From contig OX597818.1 of the NCBI GenBank assembly GCA_951406725.2, forward strand, positions 33,480,001 to 33,544,000: 64,000 nt of DNA, given 5' to 3'. Of the stretch, positions 54,480-64,000 are shown one piece after another (the stretch's first letter is position 1; each line of letters starts with the position of its first letter). Both the position numbers and the translations under genes were made by a program. Source of the stretch: Octopus vulgaris (taxonomy: Eukaryota). The notes under the pieces were generated by a model. It searched no databases and had not been told where the DNA came from. It worked only from the letters and a program-made list of their open reading frames with translations.

Positions 54480-55202
54480 GAATGCTGCCATAATCCTTGT
54501 CTTCAGTTCATTTTTGTTGTTACAAGGAGTTTTGTTGGTCTCTCCTGCATGTGTGGCATGCTGCAGAGTCTTCTTGCCAAATATAGGGCCTTCTTGACCC
54601 AGGGTAGCGCTACATCCTCTAGTCCAGTAGTTTTCAACCAGGGTTCCGCCAGTATAGTCCAGGGGTTCCGCAAGAAGTTACAAAATTGCTAAAATCGGCA
54701 GTAATTTTTAATTCTCCTGTGCAGATATGTGTGCATAAAACTATTAAATTATTGCACAGGGGTCCCTCAGGCCAGTGGAATGTTTCCTTGGGGTTCTGCT
54801 CCAGCAAAAAGTTTGAAAAGCACTGCTCTAGTCACTTGATATAGGCCTCCATGCTGAGTCTGGGGCCGTGTGGAAAGATGAATAGTGGCATAACGTCACC
54901 ATCACTTATGATAATCCCAAACACCATGATGTTGACTGGATGTTTGATTTTTATCACTCTCGGTACATGTTTTGGGTACACGGCAAGCCAACGGTTGTTC
55001 TATGTGTTCACCATCTGCTCGATTTGGAGAATTCGCCGCTAATGAAAAGCAGCACAGCATGTCGTTTCCAAATGGCGCTGTTTTTCTCACAGATGGTGCC
55101 CAACTGACCCTATTATACTGAGTAGTCAACAATTTTTTTTAAATGCGCATACGCGAAATTAAGAATATAAAATGGCAACAATTTACCCATCACACCCTCT
55201 GT
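54480..55202 (-). mobile_element. Decayed Tc1/mariner-superfamily (maT-like) transposon interrupted by a hAT MITE
   Basis: The minus strand reads IMVFGIIISDGDVMPLFIFPHG..EAYIK*LE|DVALPWVKK, continuing across the MITE insertion. Confidence 0.65.
54625..54825. mobile_element. 201-bp hAT-type MITE with 8-bp TSD
   Basis: Imperfect TIRs CAGTAGTTTTCAACC / GTTTGAAAAGCACTG. TSD CTCTAGTC at 54617-54624 and 54826-54833. Confidence 0.9.
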
Positions 55203-55315
55203 GTATGCGTGTGTGTGTGTGTGCGCGTGGGTGTGGTCTACTACTGAATATTAAGTAATCTTTCAGTTAATTGTTAACTTGATTTTGCATATGACCCCCT
55301 ATAATGTGTGTATAT

Positions 55316-55401
<86 letters not shown>

Positions 55402-56053
55402 ATGCAAACATCATTGCAAAGCGGTAGTACTACAGAGGTAATCTACAATGCGCAAGGGATAGCTGTTCGCTAATTAAAAAATTAGCAATGCCGATTTACT
55501 GACCTACGATCTCTTTTTCATAGTCATTTGTAGCCTAAAACATAACAAGGTGCTACAACCATAATTTCATTCAGATGAGATATTGATGTACTCATTAAAT
55601 TACAAACGATATTTATTTCATATGAAATAGTTAAAAAGTGAAATATAAGAAGACTGATTAAGAATTATGGAAATTATTTAATATGAAGTTTTAGCTCGAA
55701 TACGGATATGCTTTCTCTATAACATGTTCGAAAGGAAAGATTTTTCCTTCTATATATATGTACATGTACACTCATACGTACAGAGCTAAATCAGGAGCAG
55801 GGTAATCTTCATATATATATATGTTTGTGTATGTGTGTGCATGTGTGTGGGCATGTAGGCTCTGTGATGCTGAAGATAGAGGGAAAAACTTCGTTATTGT
55901 GTTGTATGTACTTTAGCATGTAAGCTTACGCATGGTATATTGTTCTACACACAGGTGAAAGCTATATAATCTACTAAACATTTTATTTTTAAATTTGCTC
56001 ATATAGAATATTATTCTCTCCTTCTCCGCGCGCTTACTTTCTATATATATATG

Positions 56054-56084
<31 letters not shown>

Positions 56085-56889
56085 ATATATATACATATAT
56101 GTTCGTGTGTGCGTTTATGTCTGTATATATTGACGATAAACATATGTATTACAGAGTTTATGAAGATGTCTCACAAACATGTGGACCAATCGTAATCTAT
56201 GTATACAAAGAACATAGAGATTACTATCAGGTGTCCTGACTTTCTGAGCACATGTAGTCGGAGAAAGATTGCCAACAGATGCAAGGGAGATCTTATGAGA
56301 TTTTGTTTTGGTTTTGTTTTGTCATATATTTTTATAAAAACCTTTCAGATATCTGCTGTAAACTCATCATCCGTGCTTCGTTACAATGTTTGCATGGCTG
56401 CCAATATGTTAAGCCGTTATAAACAAAACAAGCATAAGCTCTGATTAGGTTCACATGTCTACTAGTTATTATTCTTATTTGTCTGATATGTGCGAATTGT
56501 GTATGTGAATGTATGTGTGTGTGTGTGTGTGTGTGTTCGCTTTGTTTTGTACTTTATTTTAAGTGAAATATATATATCTTAATTATAGTAAATATACACA
56601 ATTATTTTCGATATGTTTAATTGTGGTCCGGACGCGTGGCAAGAAACATTATATTGTTTTAATGTCTCCCTATGACGTAAACGTGATTATGTTTGCTTAT
56701 TTCAACTTTTGGCACTTTGGTATTTGATTTAATAGTTTGGGTTGGGCGCAGTAAATATCACTGGTATATAAATGTAGATTACTTTGACTTTGTGGTACGT
56801 AAAAAAATAAAGTTGCATGTACGTAGTCACTCGGTTTGTTGAAAACGAAAGTTATAACTCCTTCAAAATATACCATTTACTCTCTGTTA

Positions 56890-57103
56890 CTCTCTTACTT
56901 GTTTCACTCATGTGACCGTGGCCATGCTGGAGCACCGCCTTTAGTCGAGCAATTCGACCCCAGGACTTAATCTTTGTAAGCCTAGTACTTATTCTATCGG
57001 TCTCTTTTGCCGAACCGCTAATTTACGGGGATGTAAACAAACCAGTATCGGTTGTCAAGCGATGCTGGAGGGACAAGCACAGACATACAACAAACATATA
57101 CAA

Positions 57104-57144
<41 letters not shown>

Positions 57145-57303
57145 TACGACGGGTTTCTTTCAGTTTCCGTCTACCAAATCCACTCACAAGGCTTTGGTCG
57201 GCCCGAGGCTATAGTAGAAGACACTTGCCCAAGGTGCCACGCAGTGGGACTGAACCCGGAACCATGTGGTTGGTAAGCAAGCTACTTACCACACAGCCAC
57301 TCC
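56890..57303 (-). mobile_element. Full-length tRNA-derived SINE (49853-50280 family)
   Basis: End-to-end reverse-complement similarity. Confidence 0.9.
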
Positions 57304-59999
57304 AACGCCATTTGTCTTTAAAATATACAGACGATACAAAAAAAATATAAACAAGAGTACATTCGGCTTGAGAACGTGCCTCAGATGGAATCCCTTTGGT
57401 AACAAGTCTGCTCAAGTAGAGCTGATCAGGGGTTAAAAATCATCAATATATATTATGTAGCCTTGTGTCGTCGTAATATGTCTGAGTTAATAGAGACTTC
57501 TTGATATCTGCACAAATTATATATTTTGTTATATTAGATAGAATAGATCGTCCGTGCACTTTTCTCCTTAGCAGCAAGGGAACTATTCTTTTCTGTTTAT
57601 ATATCTGAAGCGGTAGTGTTTTGTCGGAGATGATTGTTTGTCGTTCGATTGAGTACAAATTCTGTGACATTCAACTTCCTCCTATTCAGACTTCCCGGTT
57701 CGACATCATAATAGATGCTTGATTCAATAGACTACACTTTACTCCAAGGGATATGTAGTCAAATTGCTTAAAACATAAGGAATCTTCATTACAGCTCTTT
57801 GTATTGAAATCCCGTTTACCAAGAGATAAATACATGCTAAGTAGAAACAGTAACTTTAATTGTAATCTTACTTGAAGCCATCTTGACTTCATTTTCGTCT
57901 CAATTGTTCTTAAGACACGCGCACGCATACATAACAGTCTGTTCATGAGCCTACAGCAGCATCTAAAAAAATCAATGTTTTACTTACATCATATATATAT
58001 AAATAGAACCATCTACACAGTCACTGGATTGGCTGGAAATAGTAGCTGAATGCTCTTCAAATGACACCATACACCCGAAAAATATAATGTGGAAAACATC
58101 GTTATGGATACCCAAAAGAACTGGATGATCCCGACTGGAAGATTGTTCACCTTAGTTCTAGTTTTTGAAAGCCTGGAGCTAAATAATATAGGTGTAGCCT
58201 CCATGGTAAAGATCCTAGTAATTTGAGTTTGCGGTACGGATTCTGGTCTCAGTGGTCCCTAGAAATCATATGTGCCACAGATCCTGTTCCTAGCCCTTTT
58301 GGTTTCACTAAGGTTCAGCGCCCGTTGAACAACTTAGATCACAAATAGGTTGTACTCAAAGAATTACAATAATCTTGAGCGAAATACCATTCGCAATATA
58401 TTTTTTATTTGGTTATGAGAAATACGCTTTTCTCGATCAGGTGTCAGAAATTAATGAGCCAAAAACATATACTGAAAATGCCACATTCAGCGATTTCCAT
58501 CAGAGGTGGCTTTTACGTTATTGCTTGGCTCACAAGAAATGGTAGTAATATCTCCCTCAATTCAAATTTTGATCGCCTGATTTTACCACAGGAAAAACAT
58601 TTTGAAAAACTGTAGTCATATAAACACTGCGTGCGAAGAAAGGACGGATGTGGATTTTTAGAGTTTAAAAGGTTTAATAGATAAACCTGATCAATCAGAG
58701 ATGATTTGGGACTAAATAACAAAAAAAACGAACACAGCAATAGCAGAAACTACTACGACAAAAGCATCCATTATCGTATCAACGCAGCTTCCAGTTGGGG
58801 TTTCCTTGGATTTCTCTTTGATCTCCCCCTATAAAGAACAACTAACGAATTAATTTTTCATAAGAATTCGACAATTCAATCTAATTTGATATGATAAGGT
58901 TTAAAACTGAAATTCTTTGAGTAAAAATATTATTTCAAATATAGTTATGCCTTGTAGCACAAATGCATATTTCTTTATTTTTAACATTTTCCACTGAAAT
59001 GCTATCTTCTAAGGCTTCCAAAGATTGAAACACTTTATTTTGGTCAATGATATCTATCTTTACTCTACTACTCTTGCCGTTTCTGCTGCTGCATCTACTA
59101 CTACTACTACTACTACTATGTATTATTATCATTATCATTATTATTATTATAATTATTATTATTATTATTATTATCATCATCATTATTATTATTGCCGTTA
59201 CATCTCAATAGTACTTCTAAAGAGATCGATAAAAGAAATCTTTAGCAATGAGTAAACTTTAAAAGAAACTGCCAAAAGGCGAAAGAAGGAAAAGCTAAGA
59301 TTCTCCGAAAACTGTCATGTGATGATAGATTGATCAAAGAGACGTAAAAGATGCTTCCGGCTTGCAAGAGTAGCAAGTCTCAAGTACATAGCGCTATCAG
59401 GAATTGGTTCTTTGAAGAAATAGAAACAATACGATATATAGCGATCTTACACACCACATAACCACATACGCAAGCACAGACACTGTTGCACACAAGCAAC
59501 CGGTATACACACAAGATTTCATATATATATATATATATATAACAGGAAGAAATGGAGAGATGCGTACAGCCATGCACACACATATATATATATAATAGGT
59601 ATATGCGTATGAGTGTAGGTTGTGAGTGTATCCGTGTGTCTTCGTGACAACACTAGTGCTCACAGACATTCAGATAATGTGTATTGCGGTACACAGGTGT
59701 GTTAAATGCGCACGCCACTTTTAAGAATATAAATTCAAACCGACGAGCACCTGTACAAGTACACACGGATATATATATACATACATATACATACATACAT
59801 ATATACATATATAAAACACATCACAGACATGCATATACGCGCGCCGACGCAAAAATACACACCTGTGTAAGAGTTCCTATAGTGTGTGCATATACATATA
59901 CATACATATATGTATATATATATCTATATATATATGCATATATATATATATATATATAGTTAATCCAAACAAGAAAACACAAAATAAACACAGCAACGC

Positions 60000-60116
<117 letters not shown>

Positions 60117-60661
60117 GATAGCAGAAGCAATACAGTGACTCGAGGGCCTAGAGTTTTGTGCGTTTGCACTGTACCAACGAAACTATCCTCCTTGTGACAC
60201 ACTGTTGCTTCAGCTAAATATCAATAACAAATATATTATACTCAGATTTTGAGTTCTATTGTTTCTGCTTGCATCACCATACATACATACAGATAGACAG
60301 ACATATAGTGAGTGAGACAGAGAGAGAGATGCGAGCATATACCAGGGTTTGCTTATGTCTCCGTAAGTTAGCAAGACACCCACCTTTATGATGAATACCA
60401 AACTTCAAAGGAAGTTCTGATGTCGATTCCCTTGATTAAATTCTACAAGGCGAAACTGCAACATGACTAGAAAAAGTAAAAGATGAGATGAAAGATATAC
60501 ACACATGATATATATTCAGTAATCCCTCCCACTCTCTGTCTGTCTCTCTTTCTTTCCCTCTCTCTCTTTCTCATACACACATACACATACACACATGTCT
60601 GTGTATCTATTTATGTGCATGTGAGTCTATATGTGTGTATGTGTGTGTATATATATATATA

Positions 60662-61582
60662 CTAGCATTAAGACCCGTCTTTGCCGGGTCATAGTGCTAG
60701 TGCATGTATATATGTGTATATATATGTCTACATATTACATGTACATCTATATATATATATATACATCTACACATAAAATATAAAATACAAAGTTATATCT
60801 TGATATCGCTAGTGATAACAATACTCAAAATATATAACAGATTGGAATTGTAGGCCCGTCTCTTGAAATTTCGATCAATTGTATCTTGTCCTCCCTCTTG
60901 TCTAGAAGTGTGGCTACAATCCAGCCTACTTAATGCTAGCTAATTAGCAGATAATCTAATGTAAAAGCCGTGGTAAAGGGTATTGCACACCCCCATCTGG
61001 ACTATTCCATTTCTGCACGCTAATTTTATTTTTAATTTATTCCCATTCATGTGAAACCACGTATTCAAGTTCAAGTCATTGATGCAATTTTACACCAATT
61101 GCTATGTTTACTTTTGTTATGTTACGATTATATTATACTTCAATTTGATTTTAATTACTACTTACTACATATAATTAAATTCTTATTATTATCTCTAATT
61201 TTTATTGTTAAAGTGAAAGTATCTGACATAAAATAGAGAAATGTTTTTGTTTCACTTTTAACACGTAATACTGAAATAGTGGAGAAGATATGATATTGCT
61301 ATGGGCTCGCCCTAGGCAAGAAGTTGATTTTTTTGCCCATGAAACTACATGGACCCTACATGAATGAAATTGGTTGTGTAGTTCTCAAGTTTTAGAGAAT
61401 CGTAGTGGAGAGATATGATATTGCTGTGAGCTCGCCCTAGGCAAAAAGATGACACTCCCCGGACTCTAAGTAAGGCATGTGTAAAATTTGAATGAGATTG
61501 GTTGTGTAGTTCTCAGGTTTTAGGGAAACACACAGACAGACAGACAAACAGACACACATTCTCAGTTTTATATATAGAGAGA
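60662..61582 (-). mobile_element. Non-autonomous Helitron, second copy with internal deletions
   Basis: Reverse complement of 11121-12280, with the same TC start, hairpin and CTAG|T end. Confidence 0.85.
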
Positions 61583-61620
61583 TATATACATACATATATA
61601 CATATATTTACATATATTTA

Positions 61621-61660
<40 letters not shown>

Positions 61661-61672
61661 CACAATAGTATA

Positions 61673-61710
<38 letters not shown>

Positions 61711-62176
61711 GGTTATAAGAGGTAATGGTATCAGTAAGACCCAAAGGTGTCAGCTAATGCTGAGTAACTGCTATGGATAGATCATAGTTAGGCTCCAGTT
61801 TCGGTGATTATGAGAATAAGGAGTCCAACGTAGGTCATATATTAGCGTGTGTATATATAATTTTTTTTTTCAGAATTCCTCTCTTCCTGCTTTCGATTTG
61901 ACCTTACAAATACATTCCCTACTTTTAGGTCACATTAAATAAAACCCTTGATTCAATAGCGCTGTGTACAAACTCTATACTCGGAATGACCAATTTTAAA
62001 TACTATTGGATTTTACTCACAAGTTTTTGGAATCTTATATGTATACCATTCTGCCTAAATAATGGATCTACAAATGCAATATCTCTGCATATCTCACACC
62101 TATTTTCATTCCTCCTCATCACTCTCTATTTCGTATCTCATCTAGATTAACTATTGCTTAACCATTTTCTCATACC

Positions 62177-62224
62177 GTCTGCGATGATGGGATATAATAA
62201 ATATCCTGGAAACAACTGTAATAC
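62177..62224 (+). ncRNA. Degenerate type I hammerhead-like motif
   Basis: GTCT-GCGATGA-TGGGATAT AATAA ATATCCTG-GAAA-CAACT-GTA-ATAC. The upstream sequence is homologous to 23475-23510, which keeps GTCT-CCGATGA but is truncated by (TA)n. Confidence 0.5.
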
Positions 62225-62261
62225 CTATTTATAAAAGTTCTAAAATTTTCACAGCTTTACT

Positions 62262-62672
62262 CTTTACTCTTTTACTTGTTTCAGTCATTTGACTGCGGCC
62301 ATGCCGGAGCACCGCCTTTAATCGAGCAACTCGACCCCGGGACTTATTCTTTTGTAAGCTCAGTACTTATTCTATCGGTCTCTTTTGCCGAACTACTAGG
62401 TAACGGGGACATAAACACACCAGCATCAGTTGTCAAGCAATGCTCGGAGGACAAACACAGACACACAAACACATACACATACGTACATACAGATATATAT
62501 ATATATATATATATACGACAGGCTTCTTTCAGTTTCCGTCTACCAAATTCACTCAGAAGGCTTTGGTCGGCCCGAGGCTATAGTAGAAGACACTTGCCCA
62601 ATGTGCCACGCAGTGGGACTGAACCCAGAACCACGTGGTCGGTTAACAAGCTACTTACCACACAGCCACACG
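62262..62672 (-). mobile_element. Full-length tRNA-derived SINE (49853-50280 family)
   Basis: End-to-end reverse-complement similarity. Confidence 0.9.
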
Positions 62673-62715
62673 TGCGCCTTGTTTTTTTTTCTCATTCTGA
62701 AAAAAATTATGTATA

Positions 62716-62871
<156 letters not shown>

Positions 62872-62891
62872 TGTATATATATATATATATG

Positions 62892-62944
<53 letters not shown>

Positions 62945-63057
62945 CAAACAAGGGAGTCAGAGAAACGCAGAATGCTACTTATATCTGAACACTACTACAG
63001 AAATATTCTTTTAAAAAAACTTTTCTTCTAATTTTTCTAAATTTAATTATTTAATCG

Positions 63058-63101
63058 TTACAGTTGAAAAGGTCTCAAAATGACCGAAACCGGTACTGAA
63101 A
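63058..63101 (+). ncRNA. Minimal type I hammerhead-like motif with U3-A8 core pair
   Basis: TTACAG-TTGAAAA-GGTC TCAAAAT GACC-GAAA-CCG-GTA-CTGAAA. Stem I is CAG/CTG, stem II is perfect, stem III is the palindrome ACCGGT, and the triplet is GUA. It lies in a ~210-bp island between (TA)n tracts. Confidence 0.7.
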
Positions 63102-64000
63102 GATTCACTATAAAATTATCTTAGCATTTTCTATTTTTGACTTGTTTTTTCATATATATATATATATATATACATGGCATGGAGAGAGAAAGTAAGAGAC
63201 AGGTAAATGCAGTTGATAGATAAAGCGTGAAGTAAAAGAAGGCGAAGGCGTAGAGTAGTAAAATGAGTGAAGAGAAAAGAGTGGGAAATACGTAAGGAAC
63301 AAATGTACGCGTTTCGAATGTCAATGAGTGAAATGGAATATAAATGCGGACAGTAATTCTGACCATGCCTAATACTGTAATGCCTTTATGGTACACAAAC
63401 TAATTCAGAAAATATGTGTGTGTATATATGCACTTGTTCCTGTTTGTCCATCCGTATGTATGTATGTGATCATGTGCATATGTGCATGTGCCTTAGGCTG
63501 TAGGTTTGTTATTTTCTTTAAGAGTTCTATGTATGAATGTGAGTTCCCGCGTGTGGTTATATGTGTGTGCCTCTTTTGGATTTTATAGGAGTGTTATGCT
63601 TTGCTTGTTTGTGTTAATGCATATTTGTGTATGCTTGTGTAAGTGAATGCAGTGTGGTCTCGGGTAGTATTGTTCAGGAGAATGTGCGTGTCTGTCTTGT
63701 GTTATGACTTGTATTTTCGTAGCAAACATCCAGTCGTTCGCTCACTAACACTCACACACACATACACACACACACACACACACACTCATATATCTATGTG
63801 TGTGTGTATGTGTGTGTGTGAGCGTGCGTACGCGTGTGTGTGTGTGTTTGTGTACTTCCATTTTTGCTTTATGGTTTTTTCGTTCTTCGTTTTATTTCTT
63901 CGAACTTCTCAGCAGTGAAAAAAGCTGCATTCTTCATTAGACACCAAAATTGTTATTGGAATTTGGACGACATCAAGCATCAAGAAAATTCCGAAGTTTT

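Noticed and set aside
56220-56420. Two potential 3' splice acceptors (TATCAG, TTTCAG) suggesting exons
   Set aside because: No paired donor sites or recognisable coding sequence.
57950-58260. Possible host exon or very old CR1 remnant
   Set aside because: Stops are present, there are no convincing splice signals, and the resemblance to CR1 is too weak to call.
63300-63320. Minus-strand GAAACGCGTA hammerhead 3' half (similar halves near 15870 and 60178)
   Set aside because: No matching 5' core or stem I was found.

Overview
Eukaryotic, very AT-rich, microsatellite-saturated, apparently non-coding DNA (intergenic or intronic). The SINE families and overall texture suggest a coleoid cephalopod (Octopus-like) genome; this is an inference. 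No host protein-coding exon can be supported. Almost all ORF-track entries are translations of microsatellites or decayed transposons. The window holds tRNA-derived SINEs, a 5'-truncated CR1-type LINE, two L1/Tx1-type LINEs abutting (GATA)n, a HERO-like RLE fragment, mariner and maT remnants, two non-autonomous Helitrons and two MITEs with intact 8-bp TSDs. The most notable signal is ribozyme-related. (i) A ~493-bp tandem array (19006-22010) has one type I hammerhead-like motif per monomer, an internal inversion, and (TA)n on both sides, which fits a retrozyme / non-autonomous Penelope-like architecture. (ii) At least eight further, mostly sequence-unrelated type I hammerhead-like motifs with palindromic stem III occur in short islands, usually next to (TA)n. 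Between them they show three Watson-Crick states of the core 3-8 pair (C-G, U-A, G-C). (iii) A separate, highly structured 360-bp tandem array (1437-3208) has no hammerhead but a possible pseudoknot. All folds were assigned by eye; none has been computed or tested.
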